A stretch of DNA of 64,000 nucleotides from Oculina patagonica (Eukaryota), in the NCBI RefSeq assembly GCF_052425735.1, contig NC_135763.1, forward strand, positions 33,914,001-33,978,000. The letters run 5' to 3'. The translations under genes were made by a program, and so were the position numbers. This document shows, piece after piece, positions 12,379 to 23,273 of the stretch. Within the stretch, counting starts at the first letter, position 1, and every line of letters begins with the position of its first letter. The notes under the pieces were generated by a model. It saw only the letters and a program-made list of their open reading frames with translations, made no database searches and was not told the origin of the DNA.

Positions 12379-13042
12379 AATAAATAATAATATACAGTCG
12401 AAGCTCGTAAGCGGACACCCTCGGGACGCCAAAAAAGTTTCCGTAACTGGAGCTGGCCGCTACGAGATTGGTTCTCGTAAGCGGCCACTAGGGCGTAGGG
12501 GATATATGGCCGCTACGAGCTGCCCAGCTAAATGACGGACGGATGAAAAAACAGAGTGAAATGTGGTTTTGTAATTACTGTAAAATCATTGTCACGAATG
12601 GCGACGTGAAGTTGACTGATAAAAACAATTTACAGAGTTTTAACATATTTTCTTTGGGGTGTCCGCTTACGGGAGCTTAAAAACAAAGAAAAAGTCTAGT
12701 CGTTTTGAAAGTGTCCGCGGCCGCTTACAGGAATGTCCGCTTACGAGTTTGTATGGGAGTTACAACGGGGTTTCAAACAAGGCGGCCGTAAGTAGAGCTG
12801 TCCGCTACGAGAGTGTCCGTAGAGAGCCGATAGTTCTATGTATATTAATAATTAGTAAATCAGCTTGTTCTAAGGAATCCGCGAATCTGATTTTCTCCCA
12901 CTGATTCTATTCGCGGAAAAAATTATTTTTTCTCAAAGTGAAATAGTATTTTGACCAATCCTTAGAGTCACTAGCGCCCTGACTATTTGCGCAAGAAAAC
13001 TGGGCTCGTAGTCTAATTGTTAATTATTATTACTTCTTTCAG

Positions 13043-16000
13043 GGAGCACCAACAAAGAATGCAATCTATGATGGGTGGCTTTCATGACCCATTTTCACAT
13101 TTTGGTTACCCTGCAGCACTCCCCGGTGTTGAACATGGCGGTCGACCTGGCAGGTTAAATCTCGGTGGCCAACAGTTAGCACGACCCAATGATATGTTTG
13201 GCAGCATGTTTGGTAACATGTTTACAAACATGAATTCTATGATGGCAAACATGCACAGAAATTTTGTAAGTGTGTTTAGCAATCATTGATTACTAAGCTG
13301 ACTGATTGGAGAAATAATGGTTTTGCAATGGGCAAAGACAATGTCTAGCAAGCAAGACAGTTATTAATTTGGTTCTTGTCCAGCTTTTACAACAATAAAT
13401 AAACCACAAGATACTGTAAATTCTGACCACTAAAAAAATTTCAATGTCTGGTGACCTGTTCATTATGTGACAGCATGTGGATTATTCTCATTTCTCAAAA
13501 ATGTGCAACAGTGTTCAGGATATTTATGCATAAATTTCTTTGATGCAGAAGTTGAATCAGAATTGTTTTTATACATACACTTAAACTTGAAAAAGGTATT
13601 CCAAACTTCTACCTAATAGAGAACTCTTTTCTTATAACAGTGTTTCAAAAAAGCAGATCAGTGAAACTATTAAATTTGCGAACATTCACATATGTTTATC
13701 TTAGCAGTCCATATTGTAAATAAATTTAATTTAGACTGCTCAGGAAACCAATCAAAATACTCCATTTTAAAATAGTTAGCCAATGTAATTGTCACAGATG
13801 TCCAGCGTGACAAACCATGTACAGGCATGCGCGCCCAATGCATTATGTAATCTCTCATTGAGTTGAGCACCTCACGATTAAAGAAGACTTCAAGCAAATC
13901 TTAAGTGGTGTCTGCGTTCCATTTTGCCACAGTAAGTCATGTGTAATTGTAGATGTGTTTTTTTCATTAGGAACAGATGGCAAATAATCCCAATACCTAC
14001 AGTTACTCCTCATCAAGTGTTATGTCATATTCAAGTGATGGACGAGGGGAACCTAAATATTTTCAAGCATCTAAATCGACCAAGAGAGCACCTGGAGGGG
14101 TGAGTACCGCAAACCTGTAAAATGTCGCTAAAGTTGTGTCTATGAAATGAATATATCAAATTCATATATTTGTACTGCGGATATACATTTTAAGCAAATG
14201 ATTATCATTGAGTACATTACTGCGATGATCTTTCATTTGCTTAAAAAGTTGTTTCTGTAGTCGTATTAAGTTTCTGTATGTATTGTTTAGATGCGTCAAT
14301 CTGCTTTAACATGTTTACTCGATTAAGCGCTGCCCCCGAAAAAGCGCCGCCCTCGAATAAGCGCCGCATTTAGGAAAAAAAAGTTAATAAGCGCCGCCCC
14401 CAAGCAAGCGCCGCTGTCCCGATGCGGCGCTTATTCCAGAAATTCCGTTTAACCAATCACAGCACTACAAAGCAACTTTAAAACAAACTTGAACATTTCT
14501 TTCTATCAAAAGCGATGTTTTGCAGTTCAAAGTGATTGTTTTACCACTCGCCCATTAGGCCTCCAACTTTGCTAGGACAGCTAGCGCCACTTCTCTCTTG
14601 AGCAAGAGACGAATACTGACAATCAAAAGATGCTATTTTCAATTACTGTAAAAGATAAGATTCTTTGTGGGTCCAAATTTCAAATATGCGCTGCCCTCAA
14701 ATAAGCGCCGTCCTCGAATAAGCGCTGCACTTGAGGCACGAAAATTTTATTAAGCGGCGCGGCGCTTAATCGAGTAAATACGGTATTGTTGATTCCTCTG
14801 GCCAGAACAAAGGCATAAAAATATCACTTTCCCAATTTGCTGGTAATGGTTTAAATCTACACATACTAATTTCTTTCCCATTTCTTTTCCTTTCCATATA
14901 TTAAACTCAAGGTTAAAGAGACACATCATGCTGTGCGTGATTCTGAATCAGGATTGCATCGCATGGCAATCGGCCACCATCTTGGTAAATAAATATTATA
15001 ATTATTATGTTTTATCATAAAAATCAAGCTTTAGGAAGATCAAGTCCTTGCATTCTATTCTTTGTAATTTTGAGTAATCATGTTGTATTCTTTGATGTGA
15101 CATTAAGAACCTTTCCTTTAACAACTGAATACTATTTATTTAGATATTGCTTTAGAGATCACACATTGATATGTCTTCAGTTTAATGTGCCACTGTCGTC
15201 TTCAACAAAATGTGTCCCTGTTCAAACAAACTACTTGATAGTTTCTTCCCTCCTTCCCACAGATGATCGTTCTCATGTGATTGAGCGATCAATGAACAGA
15301 AGAACTGGGGATGAAGAAAGAAAACAGGATTTTATCAACATTGATGAAGGTGAGTTTCATTGTTCTGTTTGTTTGTTTTATTATAAGTGGTGGTTTGTCA
15401 CAAACTTGTTTTAATGTTATTATTACTGAACAGCTAATATGTATAAAATTGCAAGTTTAAATTTGACAGTATTTGCAAACCATAACAAAAAGCCTTTTTT
15501 TGCAACATGGTTCTTAACGCACTGGACTCCAGATGGCCTAGCCTCAACACGTCGTTTCTTCTTTCTCTTTCGGGAAAAAAAGGAGGCTACAGATGGCCTA
15601 GTCTGGGGTGGAATCTTGGCTGGGATCTTGGTCAAAACACTTCATTTGATCCCAGTGCCTCTTTACAGAAATCTGTGTAGCATCACTGATGAGCTTTTAG
15701 TTGTGCAAAAAACATGCTTGGAATTAATGCATCTTTGAAGAGCTGTTTTTTTGGTTAAACGATGGGCATCTGCTTTGAGGGGAAAATAAAATCAGTAATC
15801 AATCATTTTAAGCCCAACTGGCTCATAGCTTGTGGCACTTAACTCTGGTTTCGATCTGTAGCATGAAGCAACTAGGAGTATTGCTACTCCTCCCTGGATG
15901 GGATGCTAGTCCATCGCAGGGTTCCCCTAGCATTCTGGCAGGCTGTCCCAACAATTCGCCGGTACCCATTTATTCACCTGGGTGGAGAGAGGCACTGTGA

Positions 16001-16109
16001 GAGTATTTAAAGTGTCTTGCCCAAGAACACAACAAGGTGACCCTAGCCAAAGCTCGAACCTGGACCATTCGAACTGGAGTCCAGTGCACTATTAAAGTGA
16101 TTTCTTCTT

Positions 16110-16147
<38 letters not shown>

Positions 16148-17653
16148 TTATTTTTTTTTTTTAAAAAAAATTTGGCAAAATTAAACCATTAGGCCACCAC
16201 ACCTCTCTTTGCAGAGGATAAATTTATCACAAAAAACTGTGACATCTTGAAGTTTCATTGTTTGACTTGTAAAAATGCAGTGAGAACACTATCAACATTG
16301 TCTAGCAGTGACAAAAGCTTTGTTGTTATCGGATAGGTGATGCGGCAGCTTTTAACCAAGAATGGAGGCAACGAACCAGGCATCCCTCCAACATTTTAAG
16401 TGACAGACAAAGAACAACACTAAGAGCTCTTGAAGGTATGTGTCTTACACAGCGGGAGAAGGGTTGGGTATGCAACTTACATTCAAGAGGAAACTACAAA
16501 AGACCCTACTTAAGCCATTTTTAGAGTAGAGTTCTATTAACAATTATTCACCGAGGTGGAGGTGAATAGTGGTGGATATGTACCGAGCTGCCAAGTGGCA
16601 AGGTAAATATCCACCACATTCACCAACACTGAGGTGAATAATTGTTTTAGTATATACCACACAAGTTGAATAACTAGCGGACTAAAACATCACTTTCGGT
16701 AAACAAAGCGGCACGCGAAGGAAGTTTGTTTTTCTTTAGCTGCTCGGAGGTGAATAGCACTTTGCTAATCACCTCCGACTTAACCAATCAGCATGCGCGA
16801 AAAGCACTATTCACTTGTGTGGTATATACTAAATAGAATTATAGATCGATTTTTAATTTTTTTTATTTTTATTCATGTTGCAGTTGTACATATCACCGAA
16901 AAGCCCCGTTGGGGGAGTGTTATTAAAGCTATTATTAATATTATTATTTAATTAAAGTGGAGGTGTACTGTTAAATGTTTTAATAGCCTGAAACAGACAT
17001 GGCACTTCCTTCTCTTCCTCTCTTGACTGGGACCAAACACCCAACCCCTGCTTGCAGAAATAATTTTGCCCAACACTTTCATTCCCAGAGTTTATTAGTA
17101 TAATATCTGAATGAAAACTTAGTGTGTGACCATTCATATGAAAGCTTGCATGTGTACAGCTCTTTTATGACACACTTTCTCCTGAAGAACTGCACAACGC
17201 CCTATCTTTTGAATCTGTTGATGAAACCCTAGTTGAAAACTATTGAGCAGTACCGTAATTTAGTACTGTTTACTTGTATTATGCTGTGCACACATGATCG
17301 CTGCTAGGGGAATTCTTTTTATACGCAGTCAAATTCTTTCAACAGAGTCTAGAGAAAGACCTTCCCATCAACATGTCCATCACAACCGCCATACAGGAAT
17401 TCCGGCACCCGCTAGGAAAGACGACGGGACTGTACGAGATAGGGACAGGCTGAGAGTCAATGGTGAGGCAACAGGGACACACAGAGAGTTTGAAAACAGG
17501 CACCGTGACCATGGAGCAGCACGAGATAGGGACTGGGGATCAGGAGATTTCGATCGAGCGAGAGGAAGTCACAGAGCTAGACAGGACCGCGAGAAGCATG
17601 TGCGAGTTAACAGCAGACCAGTGAATAGACATGAGCCGCGTGGAGGGCTGTAG
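13043..17653 (+). CDS. MLF: Myeloid leukemia factor (MLF1/MLF2-like), 5'-partial, 6 coding exons visible
   Basis: GT-AG exons 13043-13265, 13971-14099, 14912-14984, 15263-15349, 16337-16435 and 17346-17653 join in frame. Met/Phe/Gly-rich N-region, SYSSSSVMSY, PKYFQASKSTKRAPGGVKETHHAVRDSESGLHRMAIGHHL, ERSMNRRTGDEERKQDFINIDE and FNQEW are MLF-domain motifs. Start-codon exon not found in the window. AATAAA ~18189. Confidence 0.92.
14310..14783. mobile_element. Tc1/mariner-pogo type MITE (TAAGCGCC repeats)
   Basis: Right end GGCGCTTAATCGAGTAAATACGG|TA; same family as 31051-31539; left end decayed. Confidence 0.75.
15815..16207 (-). mobile_element. tRNA-derived SINE (Meta-domain-like core) in MLF intron
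   Basis: Core GCCGGTACCCATTTAT..CTGGGTGGAGAGAGGCACTGTGAGAGT..GTCTTGCCCAAGAACAC shared with 18296-19010 and with decayed + strand copies at ~8240-8460 and ~8733-8950; B-box remnant near 16050-16065. Confidence 0.7.
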
Positions 17654-18295
17654 GAATGTGGAGGGCTGTGTAAATGAGGCATTTCTGTTACTCTTTTGGT
17701 GTGTGAAAACTGTTCAACAGTTTGAATTGACTCATCTAACTACACTCAAGTGCTGTTTTATAAACTACTGGACTTTTGGAAAAGCTGTAGTGTGCTTGAA
17801 GAGTTTCGATTTGCGCTTTGATTAAAAAAATTAAATGATGTATTAAATTTAAATTATTACCAGAGTTTAATGCCGGATGAAATTTTATATACTAGAGAGT
17901 TCCTCTGTGTAGCAGTAGTTTTATTTAAAAGCCTTTTTTAAACAAAAGGAAGTATTAAGCTGTATGGATTTGTAAAATGCACCTTGTTGCTATGTTTTGT
18001 AAGGGAGTTAGTTGTCAACACAGAGATTCTCCTTATTGGACTCCATACATTTTTTAAGTTACTGGTTGGGAGAATTTATAAAAATGTAAGAAGAAAGTTA
18101 ATGTTGATCACTGTTTGTTAGTTATCCTCACATTGTTTGTGACTTGTTACTGGCCACGTTGTGCTTTCCAGTTTACACTCTGTAACTAAATAAAGTTGTG
18201 ATTTTAAATAACCTTGTCTTAATTTGACCTGTGGATAAGGTACCTTAAAGGACAGTAAGGGGAGGGAGGGGAGGGGAGGGGAGTCCACGTTCTGA

Positions 18296-19010
18296 CCAAG
18301 GAGCCCATCAGGCCAGAGCTTATCCCGTTTTCCATAGCATGAAGCGACTAGGAGTATTTCTACTCTTCTCCCTGCATGGGATGCTAGTCCATCGCAGGGT
18401 TACCCCCAGCAGTAAATTCGCCGGTACCCATTTATACATCTGGGCCCAGTTGTTCAAAAGGTGGATAACGCCGGTTAAAGAGGATAAACGGTAAGAGAGT
18501 GAATCCCCCATATTCCAAAGGTAATCCCTCTTAAATTATTTCAAGTCTCCGCGGAACAACGCGCGTTGCGTGGATGTTCTCGCGCGTTTCCGTGGAGAAT
18601 ACAAAGGCCAAAACATGGTTGGCGGCGGATTGGGATAATTCTGGTATCCCCCTGAAAACTTACCTGAGATCATGCCCTCCCTCTTTGCAAGGGGAAAAAC
18701 GCCTGGTCGCAGGTTACCTGAAAACGCGCGAGAACATCCACGCAACTCGCGTTAACATCCGCTGAAGTACTGGGTACCATGTCTGAAAACAACTTTTGAG
18801 GGATTTCCTTTGGAATAAGGCCCGTTTTGAGAATTCACTCTCTTACCGTTTATCGTCTCTTGTCGCTATCCAGGGGATAACTGTTAACAAAACATACTGC
18901 GCTATCCAGCGGATAGTGATTTATCCTGTGGAGAGAGATACCCATCTTTTAAACAACTGGGGCCTCGGTGGAGAGAGGCACTGTGAGAGTAAAGCGTCTT
19001 GCCTAAGTGA
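18296..19010 (-). mobile_element. SINE copy interrupted by two nested MITEs
   Basis: SINE core is split at ~18442/18965 by a GGCCCAGTTGTT...AACAACTGGGGCC MITE, which is itself split by an element with TIR AAGAGGATAAACGGTAAGAGAGTGAAT (~18478-18861). Confidence 0.7.
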
Positions 19011-19804
19011 CTAGGGCTCGAAGTCTTCCCAAGGCCTTGGGTGTATCAGTGCTGAAAAGGTTTCTACCGTACTCAAAAAATTTTTTCAGGCTTAAAAATG
19101 CATTGCTTAAATTGCTAACACGCTGCGAGGATCATTTCATCATTTATCCGCATTCAATACAGTCTCTCATATATTTATTTTTAATAATTCATCAATTAAA
19201 AAACATCATTAACACGACAGTGGTTTGAATATCTATCTTAATAAGTAGGGATTTTGACGATTTTATTTCTTCTATTTCTTAGTCTTAGTTTCAACTGAGA
19301 ACATATATCAAGCAGTGTATCATCCCATTTGCAAATCGTTCATTTCGTCAGATGTACTCCACCATCCGTCTATTTTCAACTGTCTTCTCGGTGACTGAAA
19401 TGTAATAAAATATCTCTACAACTCCAGACCCAGAAAAAGCGTAAACAATGACGGTAACGTCCAGAAAAGGCGCGAAATTGGAATGAGAACTGGAATGTGC
19501 TTTTTGTTACTAGAGATTTGAGAATCCACCACGCGCGAAAAAAAAACCTTCTGGTACCCAGGGTAGTTGGGACGACACCGGGGGGGAAATGGAATTTGTG
19601 AAAATTTGGGCTAGGAAACGTGATTGATAACTCCCTCCCCATTTAGGACCCTCTACATATTTGCCACCGCACAAATCACATAGGATACGATTACTTCCCT
19701 TCAAAATAGTTTAAAGACGAGTCATGCGATATGCTTTCAGTAATTTTATTCAAGCTCCATTCTTAATTTATTACAGCTCTCCAATTAGTGTCTGTTTAAG
19801 TTTA

Positions 19805-20347
19805 TTATGAATAATACAATGCTAACAAGGCATTTGCCGTACCAATTATATCTCCAATCGTTTCTCGCACATCTTCAACAAATTTCCCATTATACGTATT
19901 CTCCTCATCGAACACCGCTCGAATTTCCTTCCTCAGATCTTTCAGGTACTTCTGCACGTGCGCAATGCGAGGCACGCTGGCTTTGCTAAGCCGCTGTACC
20001 GTTTGATTGAGTTCGCTGTTATTGCTGTTCAAACTCGGTGTGATGTCACTGCATCCTTCTTTCACCGATCGCAAAACCGGAACACCACTGTGCCCTCGCT
20101 CTGATTCGTGTAAGATTTTAATCCATTCGTCCATCGTCGCTACCAGGAAAAGAAGATCGTCGCGCTGTTTTTTCATTGGACCCTGCATCTTCTCCAGTCT
20201 CCCCACGGTCTTTTGTAGACGCTGTTTATTGGTGCAGATCATTTTCATGGACAGGGCGTGGCTAGTTTCCAGTCCGTCTCCGGTGGTGCCGAGTTGCCTC
20301 GGGTGAAGAGAGTTGCTTGAGAACTCCACTGCAACTGTTCCGCTCAT
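19805..20347 (-). CDS. Uncharacterised alpha-helical protein, paralog 1 (180 aa)
   Basis: Single coding exon; ATG at 20347 lies ~20 nt after a polypyrimidine/TAG acceptor; aligns with 22770 and 26254 (DLxF..W..R..GVP..R..KE.C, VP..V, F.E..R...G...G). Confidence 0.85.
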   Translation of the reverse strand: MSGTVAVEFSSNSLHPRQLGTTGDGLETSHALSMKMICTNKQRLQKTVGRLEKMQGPMKKQRDDLLFLVATMDEWIKILHESERGHSGVPVLRSVKEGCSDITPSLNSNNSELNQTVQRLSKASVPRIAHVQKYLKDLRKEIRAVFDEENTYNGKFVEDVRETIGDIIGTANALLALYYS

Positions 20348-22448
20348 TTTATGTAAATTTGCACTATCTACAGGAGAGACAAAATAAGAACTTTTCAATT
20401 TTTCTGTCGTTTAGAAACGCCATATGAAGCATTAGTTGCAGTTTTGTACAAGGTAAATAAAATGGTTTATTCTGTGTTAAAATATGAGAAATAAAATATA
20501 TTTGCTTGAGTTTCTTCGATGAAGATTAATTTATTTTAAAATATAAGCGAACAAAATTATTAGAAGGGAGTTGACATCGTCGAAAACACGTATACTCCTT
20601 AAAACATTCGCGCTTGCAATAAAATTGAAATTTAAATAAATACCTTCGTCCCTTTCTTCGAGTTGTAAGCTTGGCCGATGATTTTTCCTCGGAAATTCGC
20701 CGTTTTCGACTTTTTTCTTTCAATTTTTGAGGTAGAAAGAGCTGAAAATTCAGCTATGGGCAAGTGAAATCGACCACAAAAAGAAAGGTTGATCAAGCCT
20801 TCATTTTCAGACAACCTTCCACTCCCAGAATTGTTTTGAATTGGCTTCCGTCAAAGCAACCAATAAAACTCGAGATTATTTCAAGACAAACTATGAGCAG
20901 CTGGAAAAAAAAGCCATTCAAATGCCAGACTTTGATATGCAAATGATTCGAAAAGACTTGAAAGGGGTTCATGTACTTACTGAATTAGCTGCGTAAAAGA
21001 GGATTGTGCCGGTGAAAATTAAAATCCGCGGTATTTGAAAACGAGAAGCGTATTTAAGTTCGCATTCAGTAAGCATCGGCAAAAGAGCCTTGCCTTGCGT
21101 TTAGATTAAGATAAGCAAAAATATTTGGGTTTAAAATGACTCTTTTTTGCTCGACATGTACAGGAAATAAATATTTCATTAAGGATTTTAATAACCCCTG
21201 TGAAGAAGCAATTCCAAGCAGTAAAAATAATCCAATTTAATTATAAAAGCAGTAAGATGTTGAAGGTTGCTTCGTCCTAAGGCAACGCATTATTAAAGAA
21301 AAAAATACCAAAAATCTTCAATGAAGAACCCTGCTCAGTGATTTCAGACAAAAGCCCACGCGTGCAATAATAAAGTGAAATAAGACATTTATTTCATGCA
21401 CCTGTCCGTGTGAACCAATCAAATTTACTCGCGCACTCGTATGATGGTAATTTGGCGCCAGAAACTCATAGCATTGCTTTTGGCATTTACTATTTAGCAT
21501 ACTGTCGCCCCAGGGGTTTAGCGATGTCTGGCAGCGCCCAAACTATACTAAAACATAACAAGAAACGGTGAAATCACTTTGTTTTGTTGGCCGGTTTTTG
21601 ACAGAAAGAAACCTTTTTCACCCAAAACGGTAAGTTTCTCAGTGAATATACTGCCCGAGAATATCTCCCTGGCAACTTTGAACGATAGCTTAAGTGCTTT
21701 GTACACTAGTTTAGAGCTTTTAAGCCGAGGATAGGAATTCACGGCGGTTTTTTGATACTAGCCTTGCTCTACTGATCTCTTAGCCTCCCGCACCGTGGAG
21801 AAAACCGATGTAACAAATGGAGCAAAAATTAAGTTAATCGAAGGTATTATTTATTTGGTACTTTATCGAAAAGAAAATTTCAAAGGCAACCAGTAAACCA
21901 GAATCCAAATTTTTCTTTAAAATTTCGAATCAGTCGATCGACTGTCAGTATATTATTTCACTTGACTTTGTTAATCGGATCGCGAATGTCTGAATATGCA
22001 AATTGCTAAGGTTGTTCATATCTAGAGAATTTTTAAACATTTTTTATCATTCTGAAAAATTTTAATCCTGTTTTCTTTATAATACGGAAAATGTAACGAC
22101 AGTTTTAACATTGGAACTTGCCGTTGAATTCTCCGATCATGAAATATATTTTCTTTTAACTGTATTAAATCATTTAATACAGTATGAACGAATATAGTAT
22201 ATTCGTTGTTATCTGACAAATGAAAATGGCGACTAAAAAATAAAACAACGGTAGTATATTTTTGCAACAAAAGGCGTAAAAACACGAACAATTTAAGTTT
22301 ACATTTGCTATTTATTTTTGTACAATCTTTCAGTGGAGGAAACTGATCAAAAAAAGTTGACACAATATGCGGTTTTTTGCGCATCAGGGAGGCATGAATT
22401 TTTAAACAATCGACAGGGGATGAACATTTGGAAATGATCTTTATACAC

Positions 22449-22617
22449 TAGACTACGAGCAGTCCCTATTTTTTCGCTGAGTCCGTCGAGCTTGAAGCGA
22501 ACGAAGAGTTCGTCGAGCCCCGCCCCCCCCCGCGCGTATTTTCGCTATAAGCCGGCTCTCGAAAATTTCGCTTCAAGCTCGACGGACTCTGCGAAAAATA
22601 GGGACTGCTGTAGTCTA
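22449..22617. mobile_element. Hairpin MITE, TAG...CTA termini, 9-bp TSD
   Basis: TIR TAGACTAC(GA)GCAGTCCCTATTTTT; TSD TTTATACAC at 22440-22448 and 22618-22626. Confidence 0.8.
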
Positions 22618-22769
22618 TTTATACACTAGAATGTGTGATAAGTTACTATCTTAGGGTTAGGGTTAGATTTGGCCTGTTTATTTTCTAAGTTTATTTATTT
22701 TGGCCCGAACATCTTCAAATTTAACTAGTTTTAAAATAATCATGAATTGCTATTGTTTTCACAGTTAAA

Positions 22770-23273
22770 ATGGAGACACCAATTTACTTGAATGGAACAA
22801 ATTCTACAAGCGGGAAGAGCGTTTCGCTTAAACGAGTCCTTAACCACAAGCAAGACCTACAAAAGGAAATCGCTGATTTGGAAAAACTGCAGAATACCTT
22901 ACTTCAACAACGCCACGACCTCGATTTTCTGAACGAGAACATAAAAAGCTGGGCACAGAGCTTTGACAAAATTGAACGTAACAGTCAAGGAGTTCCTTTC
23001 GTGAGAAACGTAAAAGAAATTTGCGCATCGATTGAGAATCATTTGAATGACATCCATGGTGATTTTTACTTCAGAATGCAGAATCTGGTCACCGGGGATG
23101 TTCCCTGCTTTCAACAGGTTTACGAAGCTTTGGAGCTGTTGAAAAAACAAGTCTCGAAAATTATTCGAGATGACGCCACTTATAAAGCTTCGTTTATTGA
23201 AGAAATTCGACAGCTTCTTGGTCGGCTGACTGGAATTACTGACACGATGATGGAAATTTATTTTGAGCAATAA
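22770..23273 (+). CDS. Uncharacterised alpha-helical protein, paralog 2 (167 aa)
   Basis: Single coding exon; TTTTCACAG acceptor 5 nt before ATG; conserved motifs shared with the two paralogs. Confidence 0.88.
   Translation: METPIYLNGTNSTSGKSVSLKRVLNHKQDLQKEIADLEKLQNTLLQQRHDLDFLNENIKSWAQSFDKIERNSQGVPFVRNVKEICASIENHLNDIHGDFYFRMQNLVTGDVPCFQQVYEALELLKKQVSKIIRDDATYKASFIEEIRQLLGRLTGITDTMMEIYFEQ

Larger units (their letters stand above)
5836..12839 (+). repeat. Tandem segmental duplication, copy 2
   Basis: Same blocks as copy 1. Lacks the hAT MITE at 681 and the LINE, but carries its own insertions (6506-6807, 6914-10455, ~12394-12829). Confidence 0.95.

Noticed and set aside
1-13042. First coding exon of MLF
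   Set aside because: No exon with an ATG, MLF-like N-terminus and a phase-2 donor was found; presumed upstream of the window.
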